Shown: positions 50,750-60,778, numbered from the stretch's first letter. The stretch is DNA of 64,000 bases from Polyangiaceae bacterium (GCA_044376115.1 JBILLK010000001.1:256001-320000); one strand, 5' to 3'. Notes: generated from the sequence alone by a model not told the origin. Numbers and translations are program-made.

Positions 50750-52653
50750 GCGGTCTCTCGCACGACGGGGCCACTCTCGGGACGGCTGGACATCTCTTCG
50801 GCAGTGACCTCAATCACTTGCTCGTAGCTCGTCTCACCGGCGAGCAATTTCTTGATCGCGCACTCGCGGAGCGTGAGCATGCCGTCCTTCTTGGCCTGGC
50901 TCTTGATCTCATTTTCGGGCGCGCGATCATGGATCATGCGCCGAATGATCGGCGTCACGCCAAAGAGCTCGACGATCGCCGTTCGGCCGCGATAGCCCGT
51001 TTTGCGACAGTCCGCGCAGCCCTCGCCATAGCGCACCAAGATCGATCCGTTCGTGCAGTCGAGGCCGAGCGTCGTGGCCTCTTCGTCGGTGAGGACGCGC
51101 TCGGTCGCACAGTTCGAGCAGATGCGCTTGACCAAACGTTGCGCCATCACCCCGGTCAACGTGGACGCGAGCAGAAAGTCCTGCACGCCAATGTCGAGCA
51201 GGCGCGTCACGGCAGAAGCTGCATCGTTCGTGTGCAGGGTAGAGAACACCAAGTGGCCGGTAAGCGAGGCTTGAATGGCGTGCCGCGCCGTCTCCAGATC
51301 GCGGATCTCACCGACCATGATGATGTCGGGGTCTTGGCGCAGAATGGTCCGAAGAATCTCGGCAAATCCGAGCCCGATGTGGGGCATCACAGCCGTCTGA
51401 TTGATGCCTTCGAACACGTTCTCGATCGGGTCCTCGATGGTCGTGATGTTCACGTCCTCATGGGCCAGCTTGCGCAGCGCCGTGTACAAGCTCGTCGTCT
51501 TTCCAGAGCCAGTGGGGCCGGTGACCAGCAGGATGCCGTGAGGCCGATGAATCAGCGACTCGAAGACGTCCTTGTCCCGCTGAAGAAAGCCCAAGGTGTC
51601 GAGGTCGGCGCTGACCATCGCCGGATCGAAGAGCCGCAGCACCATCTTTTCGCCGAAGGCGACGGGCAGCGTGGAGACGCGGATATCGATCGCCTTGCCC
51701 TCGAACTCGGTCTTGATGCGGCCGTCCTGCGGCTTGCGTTTCTCGGCGATGTCGAGCCGCGACAACGTCTTGATGCGGTTGATGAAGGCGTTGTGAACCA
51801 CCCGCGGAACGCGCGAGACCACCGATAGCGAGCCGTCGATGCGAAAGCGACACAGGCTCTCGGTGCGCTTCGGCTCGATGTGAATATCGCTCGCGCGCTG
51901 ACTGAGCGCATAGCGCAAGAGGTAGTCGACCGCGTGCACCACGTGCTCGTCGGAGGCCTCGATCTCCTGATCCGACTTCATGCGCACGAACTGCTCGAGG
52001 TTGCCGAGATCGATGCCGCCGGTGATCTGCTGCTCGGCCTTCTGCACCGATTGCCGGAAGCCGTAGAACTCGGTGATCAGCCGCTCGATGTCCGACTTGG
52101 AGGAGATCACCAGCGCGATGCGCTTTTGGGTGACTCGCTCAACCGACTCTTGCGCCCACTGATCGAACGGATTGAACGTGGCTACGCGCAGTACGCCACC
52201 CTCTTCATCCAACGCGAGGTAGCCGTTCTTGCGAGCAAACGGCTTCGACACCGTGCGCACGGCGAAGGCCGGATCGAGCTTGAGCGGGTCGAGCTTCACG
52301 TAGGGAAGGCCAACCAACCCCGCCCATACCTCGGTCACCAAATCTTCACGCAGCGGCTTCTCATCGAGCCCCTTCTCGTTGAACGAGAGGAACACCTCGA
52401 GCGCGGTGGGCGTGGGCGCAACCTGCCCCACCGATCCGGCGAGTTTGGCCTCCGCGAGCTTGGCGCGCGACAGGCGGCTGCGCTCGGCCTCGAAGTTCGA
52501 CAGCAGATTGTCCGCGCGATTCGCGGGAAGGTGGCCCGCGGCGATCATCGCTGCCACGAGCTGCTCGAAACTGCCGGGTTGAACCCGATTCGACGGCGGG
52601 GCCGGATTCTCGATCCCTCGCCGCGGAGGGGGCGGAGGCGGCCGCGGAACCAT
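50746..52653 (-). CDS. GspE/PilB-family secretion ATPase
   Basis: ASDIHIEP, GPTGSGKT, TIEDP, LRQDPD.IMVGEIRD and TGHLV.STLH motifs, plus CxxC...CxxC zinc motif. Confidence 0.92.
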   Translation of the reverse strand: MVPRPPPPPPRRGIENPAPPSNRVQPGSFEQLVAAMIAAGHLPANRADNLLSNFEAERSRLSRAKLAEAKLAGSVGQVAPTPTALEVFLSFNEKGLDEKPLREDLVTEVWAGLVGLPYVKLDPLKLDPAFAVRTVSKPFARKNGYLALDEEGGVLRVATFNPFDQWAQESVERVTQKRIALVISSKSDIERLITEFYGFRQSVQKAEQQITGGIDLGNLEQFVRMKSDQEIEASDEHVVHAVDYLLRYALSQRASDIHIEPKRTESLCRFRIDGSLSVVSRVPRVVHNAFINRIKTLSRLDIAEKRKPQDGRIKTEFEGKAIDIRVSTLPVAFGEKMVLRLFDPAMVSADLDTLGFLQRDKDVFESLIHRPHGILLVTGPTGSGKTTSLYTALRKLAHEDVNITTIEDPIENVFEGINQTAVMPHIGLGFAEILRTILRQDPDIIMVGEIRDLETARHAIQASLTGHLVFSTLHTNDAASAVTRLLDIGVQDFLLASTLTGVMAQRLVKRICSNCATERVLTDEEATTLGLDCTNGSILVRYGEGCADCRKTGYRGRTAIVELFGVTPIIRRMIHDRAPENEIKSQAKKDGMLTLRECAIKKLLAGETSYEQVIEVTAEEMSSRPESGPVVRETA

Positions 52654-53141
52654 TAGGCGCTCGCCAGCTTCTTCTCGAAGACGACGCGCGCGCGACCGTG
52701 ACCCGCGTAATCGTCGATCGTGCTGACCGCATAGCCGAGCGCCAGGTGAAAGCGGATCGACCCCTCGTTGCCGTGCGTCGTGATGGCCTTGAGGCCCACG
52801 CAGCCCTCAGCGATCGAAGCCTGTTCGAAAGCCTCGTACATGCCCCGCGCTACGCCCTTGCGCCGGTGTGCAGGGTGAATACCGACGAGATGTACGTAGC
52901 CAATCTTGGAACCAGGAGGTTTTGCTTTGGGCGTACCGCCGACGTGGCTCTCCGACACGAAGCCAAGCAGAAACCCAACGATGCCAGCGTCATCAAGCTC
53001 AGCGACGCGCGCAAGCCGGCCGAGCTCATAAAAGAAAAGGGGATGAGCAAGCGCCGTGGAGGGCCCCTCCCACCACTCATCGATCACGCTCACAATGGTG
53101 TCGTAGTCCTGTTTGTTGAGCGGACGAGTAACGATCGACAT
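52653..53141 (-). CDS. GNAT family N-acetyltransferase
   Basis: HLVGIHP.HRRKGVA and N..SIRFH..LG motifs. Confidence 0.85.
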   Translation of the reverse strand: MSIVTRPLNKQDYDTIVSVIDEWWEGPSTALAHPLFFYELGRLARVAELDDAGIVGFLLGFVSESHVGGTPKAKPPGSKIGYVHLVGIHPAHRRKGVARGMYEAFEQASIAEGCVGLKAITTHGNEGSIRFHLALGYAVSTIDDYAGHGRARVVFEKKLASA

Positions 53142-53192
53142 TGGTAACTGAGCCTAGCAGTCCGAGTATCGTCGGGATATGCCTTTGGCCGA

Positions 53193-53909
53193 ATGAAATC
53201 CCCTGAAACAGTGCTGATTGCGCCCTCGATCTTGTCTGCGGATTTTGCGCGCTTGGGGACCGAGGTGCAGGCCGTCAGCGAGGCTGGCGCCGACTGGATT
53301 CACGTCGATGTGATGGATGGACGTTTCGTGCCCAACCTGACGATCGGTCCGCTGGTGGTGGAGGCCGTACGTCAGACCACCAACTTGCCGCTCGACGTTC
53401 ATCTGATGATGGTCGAGCCCGAGCGGATGATCGCTGACTTCGCTCACGCCGGCGCCGATCGGATCCTCGTTCATGTGGAGGCCTCACCTCATCTCGCACG
53501 CACGCTGGAGGCGATTCGGAAGCTCGGTAAGAAGGCCGGCGTCGTGCTCAACCCCCACACGCATGAAAGCTCCATCAGCGAGGTGCTCGAGCTGCTCGAC
53601 CAAATCCTCGTGATGTCGGTCAACCCGGGCTTTGGCGGGCAAGCCTTCCTGCCGTTGGTGTTGCCCAAGGTCGCGCGGTTGCGCCGAATGATCGACGAGG
53701 CAGAGGCCTCGATTGCGCTGGAGATCGATGGCGGCGTATCTGCGGCCAACGCCGGGCTTTTGTACCAGCACGGCGCGCGAGCTTTGGTCGCTGGGAACGC
53801 CATCTTCGGCGCGCGCAAGACGCTGGGAGTCGAGGCCACGGTCAGCGAGCGAGCCCACGTCTACAAGGCCGCCATCGCGGAGATCCGCCGGCAAGCGATG
53901 TCCGAGTGA
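53193..53909 (+). CDS. rpe: Ribulose-phosphate 3-epimerase
   Basis: IAPSILSADF, HVDVMDG.FVPN, DVHLM, MSVNPGFGGQ and IDGG motifs. Confidence 0.97.
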   Translation: MKSPETVLIAPSILSADFARLGTEVQAVSEAGADWIHVDVMDGRFVPNLTIGPLVVEAVRQTTNLPLDVHLMMVEPERMIADFAHAGADRILVHVEASPHLARTLEAIRKLGKKAGVVLNPHTHESSISEVLELLDQILVMSVNPGFGGQAFLPLVLPKVARLRRMIDEAEASIALEIDGGVSAANAGLLYQHGARALVAGNAIFGARKTLGVEATVSERAHVYKAAIAEIRRQAMSE

Positions 53910-55174
53910 GGCGCGCAAGCGCTGCGGCGCTCATGATGCTGGCGTGCAGCAGCCGCTCGCACGGCGTGAGCATTGAACCTTCGTTACGCGCCTCAACCTC
54001 CGCCGAGTCGGAGGCGATTCCGATGTCGGAAGAGAGCCGCGAGCTGCTCAACGAGCTCGCGATATTTCGCCGGTTGAGCGCTGGGGGAGGCGTTGCAGCG
54101 GTCGAGGTAAGTCGCAGCGAACTCTTGCGTTTGCTGCAACAGATCGCTGAAGAAGAGCTGCCGAGGGGGCATTTGAAGAAGGAGGGAGAAGTACTGCGCG
54201 GACTCGGGCTCATTCCCTTCGACCTAAACTGGGAAGAGCTCCTCCTGGTCGAGCTGACGCGGGTCGTGCAGGGGCTCTACAGCCCGCGCCACAAGCAGCT
54301 TTTCATCGTCGATGATCTGGAGCCTGCCGCAAAAAGGGAGGTCCTCGCACACGAGTTCGTGCACGCGCTACAGGACCAGCATTTCGATCTGAGGCCGCTC
54401 ATGGCGTTTGCGCCCGGTCAATCGGACCGGCAGCAAGCTCGCAGCCATCTGGTCGAGGGCGACGCTGTGTTCACGCTGGCGCAGCGTTCGAAACTCGCTG
54501 CGCGCGGTGAGGCCGCCGGCGCTCGCGAGGGACAAACCTCCAGCGAGCCCGCACCGAAGGTGCCCCGGTTCCTCACCAACTCGCTGATTTCGCCCTACGT
54601 CGTCGGTGAGCGGTTCGTTGAGGCTTTGTTTGCAGAACACGGTTTCGCGGGGGTCGATCGCGCGTTCGCCGAGTTGCCCGAATCCACCGAGCAAGTGCTG
54701 CATTTCCCGAAGTATCTCAGCCGTGAGCGCGCTCTCTCAGTCACGGTCCCGATGTCCCCGACGTTGGGCGTAACGTGGGCGAACCGCGATACCTTTGGCG
54801 AGCTTTCGCTGCGTCTGATGCTGTCGGAGTTCATCGGCGAGCAGGACGCAAAGCAGGCTGCCGCAGGCTGGGGTGGAGATCAGCTCGTGCTCGCGACCAT
54901 GACGATGGCTGGCATCGAGTTCGCCGCGGTTGCGCTGATCGTGGCGATGGACTCCGAGGCTGAGGCCTCCGAGTTGGCTGCCGCAGTGAGGCCCGCCTTT
55001 CGCGATGGCTGCCTCGCTCGTGATCGAGCTGGGCCCTTGGTCTTCGTACGTGAAGGCGCGCGCGTGGGCTTTGCAGCAGGCCCTTATGAAACGGTCTCGG
55101 GCCGCTCGCGAGCGACCTGCGCGACGGTGGACGCGTGGCTGCGTCAGGCGGTAACCAACGCCTCCGTGCAGTAG
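53906..55174 (+). CDS. Putative zinc metallopeptidase lipoprotein (HExxH)
   Basis: MLAC lipobox; G.Y.P, LAHEFVHALQDQHF, VEGDA, PY..G..F and P.STEQ..H motifs. Confidence 0.7.
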   Translation: MRRASAAALMMLACSSRSHGVSIEPSLRASTSAESEAIPMSEESRELLNELAIFRRLSAGGGVAAVEVSRSELLRLLQQIAEEELPRGHLKKEGEVLRGLGLIPFDLNWEELLLVELTRVVQGLYSPRHKQLFIVDDLEPAAKREVLAHEFVHALQDQHFDLRPLMAFAPGQSDRQQARSHLVEGDAVFTLAQRSKLAARGEAAGAREGQTSSEPAPKVPRFLTNSLISPYVVGERFVEALFAEHGFAGVDRAFAELPESTEQVLHFPKYLSRERALSVTVPMSPTLGVTWANRDTFGELSLRLMLSEFIGEQDAKQAAAGWGGDQLVLATMTMAGIEFAAVALIVAMDSEAEASELAAAVRPAFRDGCLARDRAGPLVFVREGARVGFAAGPYETVSGRSRATCATVDAWLRQAVTNASVQ

Positions 55175-55179
55175 CGACG

Positions 55180-56244
55180 TCAGAGCTCCATGCAACAACG
55201 AAAGCCGGTGGAGTAGTCCCAGTGCGATACGTCATGGGCCGTGGTTGCATACAAGCAGCCGGAGCCGTTGATGACCGTATCGACGTAGAACCCGCCTCGG
55301 AACGTGCCAGCCGGATCGCTCGTCCACTCGTGCAGGTTGCCCATCATGTCGCGGGCACCGTCGCTGGATACACAGCCGCCATATTCGCCGGTGAGCGCGA
55401 GCCCATCGGCGAGCTGATTGAGACACGGGTGGTCGAGCTCCGACCAGATCCAGTCTTCACTCGACATGAAGTACTCAACGGCGGGGTGCTGGTCGCGATG
55501 GTCGTTGCAAACGCCAAGCTCGAGCGCATCTCCGTACGGGTAGATGTTGGCCTCGAGGCCGCGACAGGCTCGAAGCCATTCTTGGTTGCTGCAAAGCCGC
55601 TTACCGGCGTTGGTGCAGGCGTCTGCGGCTTGCAGCTGGTTGATGTAGCCCTGGGGCACCGCCTGCGCCTTACTCACCGCCATCACCTCGGCGTTGCCCG
55701 GGTTGAAGTAGGGCGAAACAGGCTGCAGATCGGGGAAGGTCACGAGATGCGCCTCGAAGGTGTCGACGCAGATGGTATCGACCAAGTGCATCCCCTCCGG
55801 ACAGCCGTTGAGACCCGGTGACTCTGCGAGCTGCGCGTTAGGAAGCGGCATCGCCTCCGGATCGCAGCTGCCCTCCGCTTGCAACGCACAACACTGAATC
55901 TCCGCGGGGCCCGGACAAAAGCCCGGCACCGGCGCGTAGCCCGGCACTGTGCACTCGCTTACGTCGACGCATACACCGGGTTGACCGTTGGCGACGCAGG
56001 GCTCTCCCTCGGGAAGGCCTCCAGCTTGGCCACCAACACCGAGACCACCAGCGCCGAGACCGCCGCTTCCCGCGGCAAACCCGCCTTGTCCGGCTGCGCC
56101 GCCGTTTGCGTTAGCACCGCTACTGCCGCCGCCTCCGCTGGCACCGCCGCCTTCGGTTGCGCCGCCCCCTCCTTCTTCACTCTCCGTAGAATCTACGCTG
56201 CACCCGCTGCACGCGATGGCCAGCGCGAACAAGAACCCTCTCAT
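55180..56244 (-). CDS. Formylglycine-generating-enzyme (SUMF1) fold lipoprotein
   Basis: C...GKRLC...EW..AC, YPYG, DM.GN.HEW, RGG and TGFRCC motifs; SGC lipobox with Gly linker. Confidence 0.85.
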   Translation of the reverse strand: MRGFLFALAIACSGCSVDSTESEEGGGGATEGGGASGGGGSSGANANGGAAGQGGFAAGSGGLGAGGLGVGGQAGGLPEGEPCVANGQPGVCVDVSECTVPGYAPVPGFCPGPAEIQCCALQAEGSCDPEAMPLPNAQLAESPGLNGCPEGMHLVDTICVDTFEAHLVTFPDLQPVSPYFNPGNAEVMAVSKAQAVPQGYINQLQAADACTNAGKRLCSNQEWLRACRGLEANIYPYGDALELGVCNDHRDQHPAVEYFMSSEDWIWSELDHPCLNQLADGLALTGEYGGCVSSDGARDMMGNLHEWTSDPAGTFRGGFYVDTVINGSGCLYATTAHDVSHWDYSTGFRCCMEL

Positions 56245-58370
56245 GCGGCTCGTTCCCTTGGCGTTTCACGGATTCTCTTGATGCGCGACGTGAGCTGAGC
56301 GCTCTCCTCCTCACTCAACGTCGCGCCACCGAAGCGCACAGCCAAGTAGGCCTGAGTGATCTCATGCGCCTCTTCGCCGAAGGGGTGGCCGCCCGAAAGC
56401 AGAGCCTCAGCGTGACGGAGCGGAGGTGTACCGGGAGGTCGCACCACGCCGTGCGCTTGCAGCGCCTGCTCGAGACTCTCGTAGAGGGCGGTCGCTTTGG
56501 CGAAAGACTTTTCGCGGGTAGGCTGGCGGGCGTCCCCTGGTAGGGCTGTCCGTCGGCGGCGCCAGTAGAAGTAGACGAGACCACCGGCCCCGAGAATCGC
56601 TAGGCCCCACAGCATTTGGCGTGAACGCGGCGCATGATCCGTGCCGGTGTCCTCATCACGCAGCCCCTGCAAGAGCTGATACTGGCGATCCAAGTCGTAC
56701 TCGACGACGTGATGATTCCAACGTTGGCTCGTAGCGTCGATGATGTCGCTGATGGAAGCCCATGGCTCTGACAGGCCGGTGCGCGTGAGCTCCCCCGCTG
56801 AGGGCGTAGGGTCGAAGGTCACCCAACCGGTGCCCTTGATGTAGACCTCCACCCAGCTGTGCGCATCTCCCTGCCGAACGATGTAGGAGTCGCTGTACTT
56901 GTTGTAGGCCCCACCGGCGAAGCCGTTGACGTTGCGTGTGGGAACACCAACGGCGCGCAAAAGCACGGCCATGGCCGAGGAGAAGAACGAGCAGTGCCCG
57001 CGCCGCGACTCGAACAAAAAGTGATCGAGCGGCGAGCTTTCGCGGGTGGAGGGTGAATCGAGATCGTAGGTGAACTCGCTGCGCAGCCGCTTGAGGATGG
57101 CTTCGGCCTTTTCCTGATCGCTCGTCGCCGAACGCGTCCAGTCGATCGCCAACTCGCGAATCGCCGGCGTTAGGTCTACGGGCAACGCCAAGTAGCGTTC
57201 ACGGTCGTTCTCGGTCAGCGTCGTGAAGGTGGGCCCCCCACGCGGGTTCATATGGACCGTGTACGTCACGCCGCGCTCTTCGTTGTGATAGCGAAGCTCT
57301 CCGGCGGGTCCGCGGATGACGTAGGGCTGCTGATTGGGCAACGCCACCGCAGGCGCACGTAACGTGACGCCGGCAGCTCCGGGAGGAATGAAGAGCACCG
57401 GCGGATCGATCGGATCCAGGGTGATTTCCATCGTCGGCGCGTCCGCCGGCACCATGCGATTGGGCTCCATCGCGATCGGCCGCGGCCCCGTAGGTTGGCT
57501 CGGCAGACGGGTCTCATCCGTCTGCGACCAGGTACCTTTGGTGGAGAAGCGGTCGAGCGCGGTGCCGCGAAGGTGAAGCGCTAGATGCGCCGGCGGCGGA
57601 TTCCCTGGGTTCGGCACCTTCACCCGCAACGCGATCGCGCGGTCCTCACGCAGCCGCCCAACTTGCGATAGGTCCACGCGATCGGAGAAGCCAATCACCT
57701 GAGTGCCGTCTCGATTGTTGAGCAGCAGCAGCGATAGTCCGACACGCGGGAAGAAGATGAAGAGCACCCCCGTGAACAGGATGATGGGGATGCACAAGAG
57801 GCACATCGACAAGAGAAACGTCCTGCCAACGACGCGACGCGATCGGAGGATACGCGGGACGTCCACGGGCAAGCCGGTTCGATCGCGCGCGCCCTGGCGA
57901 TAGTTGCCTTCGACTTCACGGCGCAGATGCGAGAGCACCAACGCTGCCGGCGCGACGATCAGAACCCCAGCGAAGCACAGACCGTAACCGAGCCCACCGC
58001 CGAGAACGGTCCCCGCGATCAAGTGCAACAGCGCGAGCACGATCACTTGCTGGTCGTGAGCCGCGCCTCGTCGAGTTGCTAGCCGCACGATCTGCAGCCC
58101 CGCCGCAAACTCGATCAGCACATCCAGGCTGTTGCTACCGCTAGCAAAACGAACGACCTGCACCACGACGATCACGAGCAATGTGACCGTGTCGACGTGG
58201 CGAAAGGCTGGATGGCGAGCCCACGACTCACGCACAAACAACGCAAGGATCAGACCCACGAGCACGATCGCGCTAACGAACGTCGAGAACTGCCCGCTCG
58301 AGATGAGCGCGAGCACGCCGAGCGCCGCAAGCGCGTTGGTCATGAAGCGATGGACAACCCCAAACCTCAT
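56241..58370 (-). CDS. Transglutaminase-like membrane protein (TgpA/DUF3488 type)
   Basis: Multi-TM N-terminus; F.FFPR; catalytic triad motifs GHC..F, AHSWVE and FDPT. Confidence 0.9.
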   Translation of the reverse strand: MRFGVVHRFMTNALAALGVLALISSGQFSTFVSAIVLVGLILALFVRESWARHPAFRHVDTVTLLVIVVVQVVRFASGSNSLDVLIEFAAGLQIVRLATRRGAAHDQQVIVLALLHLIAGTVLGGGLGYGLCFAGVLIVAPAALVLSHLRREVEGNYRQGARDRTGLPVDVPRILRSRRVVGRTFLLSMCLLCIPIILFTGVLFIFFPRVGLSLLLLNNRDGTQVIGFSDRVDLSQVGRLREDRAIALRVKVPNPGNPPPAHLALHLRGTALDRFSTKGTWSQTDETRLPSQPTGPRPIAMEPNRMVPADAPTMEITLDPIDPPVLFIPPGAAGVTLRAPAVALPNQQPYVIRGPAGELRYHNEERGVTYTVHMNPRGGPTFTTLTENDRERYLALPVDLTPAIRELAIDWTRSATSDQEKAEAILKRLRSEFTYDLDSPSTRESSPLDHFLFESRRGHCSFFSSAMAVLLRAVGVPTRNVNGFAGGAYNKYSDSYIVRQGDAHSWVEVYIKGTGWVTFDPTPSAGELTRTGLSEPWASISDIIDATSQRWNHHVVEYDLDRQYQLLQGLRDEDTGTDHAPRSRQMLWGLAILGAGGLVYFYWRRRRTALPGDARQPTREKSFAKATALYESLEQALQAHGVVRPPGTPPLRHAEALLSGGHPFGEEAHEITQAYLAVRFGGATLSEEESAQLTSRIKRIRETPRERAA

Positions 58371-59659
58371 GCGTCGTGACCTCGCGCCGAGCGCGCCCGT
58401 TCACCAGGCCTTCCCTGCCCGCCACGAGCGAGGGTTTGTCGGGCCTCCTCCTCGCTCAGAGAGTCCACCAACGCCAAGAATCTGAGCACCCGATCGGCGC
58501 CCACCGTCTTATCGGCCGACACGCGCTGCCCAGCGGTCGTCTTGATCAGCACGCTGTCGCCGCGACGCAAATGAGCGACTGCGCGTGAACTGATCTCGCG
58601 GATACGGCGCTCGAATGCCGTAGAGAAGTCGGCTGGCTTTTGGTTCGGCTGCACCACGTCGAGCACCAGTTCTACGTCGGGCCGCGTCTCTCGCAAGCGC
58701 TCACGCATCACCATATGCGACATGCCAGCGCTCTTCCGCCAATAGATGTCACGCGGGTCATCTCCGTCGCGCATCGCTCGCACGGTGTAGGTCTCTTCGC
58801 CGCCACCCCGACCGGATGTGCGCCCCGAGAAGCCGTGTCGTGAACCGGCTTCAACCGGCAAGCGCACCGGATCCACCGCCGGGTAGATGATGAGCTCTCC
58901 GGAGCTCGTCACCTCACGTGACTTCTCGAACAGGCCGAAGGGAAAGCGAGTGGCGATGCGAAAACCTGTGTGGTGGTCGAGCCCACGCCGCGCCGGGGTC
59001 CTGCGATAGGCGGCGACTTGAGCCGAGTTGGGGCTGATCTTGAGAAAGAAGCAGCGCTTGTCCGCGGGCTGGCCGGAGCGCAGATCCTCCACCTCGATGG
59101 CGTACGAGGGCACGCTGGACTTGTGGTTGAAGACCTCGATCTCGACCAAGTGAGGCCTTCCGACCTGCGCTCGCAACGGCAACCGCCGCGTCACCGTGAG
59201 CGCCCGCAGCGAGAGCTCGCTCATCACGCCCGAGATCACGATCAGCGCGAGCAGCATACCCAGCAGCAGGTAAAGCAAGTTGTTGCCGGTATTGATGGCG
59301 GCGAAGCCGACCCCAAGCGTGATGCCCAGGTAGTACTTGCCTTCTCGCGTGAGCTTGAGGCGTCGCGTCGCGCGCAACCGTTTGCTGCGGGTCGGCTTGA
59401 CGCGTTCGGGCGCAGGCTTCTCTTCCTCGGGGCTGGCGGGCTCCGGGACCTCGTCGGGGGGCTCGATCCGCCTTCGCGGTTGTTCAGCCGGCCGTAACGA
59501 CGGCCCTTCATCGAATAGCGACAAGCCGACGAGCGACGGCGGCGGTTCAGGAATGACGAGGTCGCGCGGCGAATCAGAGCCACGGCTCCTTGTGGACTGC
59601 GGCGAACCGGGCTCGCGTGGTCCGTTCGAGCTGGGTGCGGGCTTCTGCCCGTCGCTCAT
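58367..59659 (-). CDS. DUF58 domain protein
   Basis: TREG, AAINTGNNLL, TRFPFGLF and R....GD..R.I.W..SA motifs. Confidence 0.88.
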   Translation of the reverse strand: MSDGQKPAPSSNGPREPGSPQSTRSRGSDSPRDLVIPEPPPSLVGLSLFDEGPSLRPAEQPRRRIEPPDEVPEPASPEEEKPAPERVKPTRSKRLRATRRLKLTREGKYYLGITLGVGFAAINTGNNLLYLLLGMLLALIVISGVMSELSLRALTVTRRLPLRAQVGRPHLVEIEVFNHKSSVPSYAIEVEDLRSGQPADKRCFFLKISPNSAQVAAYRRTPARRGLDHHTGFRIATRFPFGLFEKSREVTSSGELIIYPAVDPVRLPVEAGSRHGFSGRTSGRGGGEETYTVRAMRDGDDPRDIYWRKSAGMSHMVMRERLRETRPDVELVLDVVQPNQKPADFSTAFERRIREISSRAVAHLRRGDSVLIKTTAGQRVSADKTVGADRVLRFLALVDSLSEEEARQTLARGGQGRPGERARSARGHDA

Positions 59660-60615
59660 AGCGGCACAGGGACGCGAGCCACGAGATCGCGAATCGCGGC
59701 TTCAGCCTCCTCGCGCGAGGGAACGTACCCCTCGGCGTGGGAGGCAAGCCGAACCCGGTGCGCCAAGACCGACGTTGCGAGATCGTGAATGTCGTCAGCG
59801 ATGCAATAAGAACGCCCGCGGAGCATCGCCCGGGCGCGCGCAGCGCGACTCAGGTTGATGCCTGCGCGCGGCGAAGCACCAAGTGAAAGGGCTGGGCTGG
59901 TTCGAGTCGCCTGCAGCACCGCCTGAAGGTAGGTCGCGAGCGACGGGTCAAACTCCACGCGGTCCACGTCGCGCTGCAAGGCAACGAGCTGCGCCGGATC
60001 GATCGCTTGCTGCACCGGCCGGTCTCCGCCGGCCTCACCCAAGAGCAGGCGGGCCTCTACTGCAGGCGGCGGATAGCCGATGCGAATGCGCATCATGAAA
60101 CGGTCGAGCTGGGACTCGGGCAGTGGGTACGTCCCGGCGAAATCTTGAGGGTTCTGCGTGGCTACGACGAAGAACGGATCAGGCAGGGGCGTGCTCACGC
60201 CATCCACCGAGACCTGCCCCTCGTTCATTGCCTCGAGCAACGCTGACTGGGTCCGCGGACTGGCGCGGTTGACCTCATCGGCCAGTAGCACGTTGCAAAA
60301 CACCGGCCCTTGACGGAACACGAATTCGCTCGTGCGCTGGTCATAGACCGTGACGCCGAGGACGTCGCTCGGCAGCAAATCGTTGGTGAACTGAACGCGC
60401 CGCCAATCGCCTCCGACGGCCTTGGCCAAGGCCCGAGCTAGCGTGGTCTTGCCGACGCCAGGCACATCCTCGATCAACAGGTGGCCGCGAGCGAGAAGCG
60501 TTATGAGAGAAAGCTCAACAGCTTCTGGCTTGCCTTCGAGGGCGTGGTCCACGGAGGCCCGGAGCTTCTCCACCAGCGGAGACGGGGCTCGGGCCAGCGA
60601 TAGGGCCGAGGTCAT
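59656..60615 (-). CDS. moxR: MoxR family AAA+ ATPase
   Basis: GHLLIEDVPGVGKT, RVQFT.DLLPSD, DEVNRA.P.TQSALLEAM and TQNP...GTYPLPESQLDRF motifs. Confidence 0.95.
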   Translation of the reverse strand: MTSALSLARAPSPLVEKLRASVDHALEGKPEAVELSLITLLARGHLLIEDVPGVGKTTLARALAKAVGGDWRRVQFTNDLLPSDVLGVTVYDQRTSEFVFRQGPVFCNVLLADEVNRASPRTQSALLEAMNEGQVSVDGVSTPLPDPFFVVATQNPQDFAGTYPLPESQLDRFMMRIRIGYPPPAVEARLLLGEAGGDRPVQQAIDPAQLVALQRDVDRVEFDPSLATYLQAVLQATRTSPALSLGASPRAGINLSRAARARAMLRGRSYCIADDIHDLATSVLAHRVRLASHAEGYVPSREEAEAAIRDLVARVPVPL

Positions 60616-60621
60616 GGCTGG

Positions 60622-60630
60622 ATGCTAGCA
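60622..60630 (-). promoter_or_regulatory. Extended -10 box 6 nt before the moxR ATG (leaderless type)
   Basis: TGCTAGCAT-CCAGCC-ATG on the minus strand; no SD. Confidence 0.5.
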
Positions 60631-60778
60631 CGCCATGGGACCGGAAAAGCGAGCGTTGCGTTGAACGAAGTTGGCCTGGCGACCGTGCCCGTGGTTAACC
60701 AGCAGCTGTTTCACGCGACTTCGCCGTGTGCGAGGGGCCCTGCGGCTCCCTCAAGATCGCGCCCAACTTCGGACAAGA

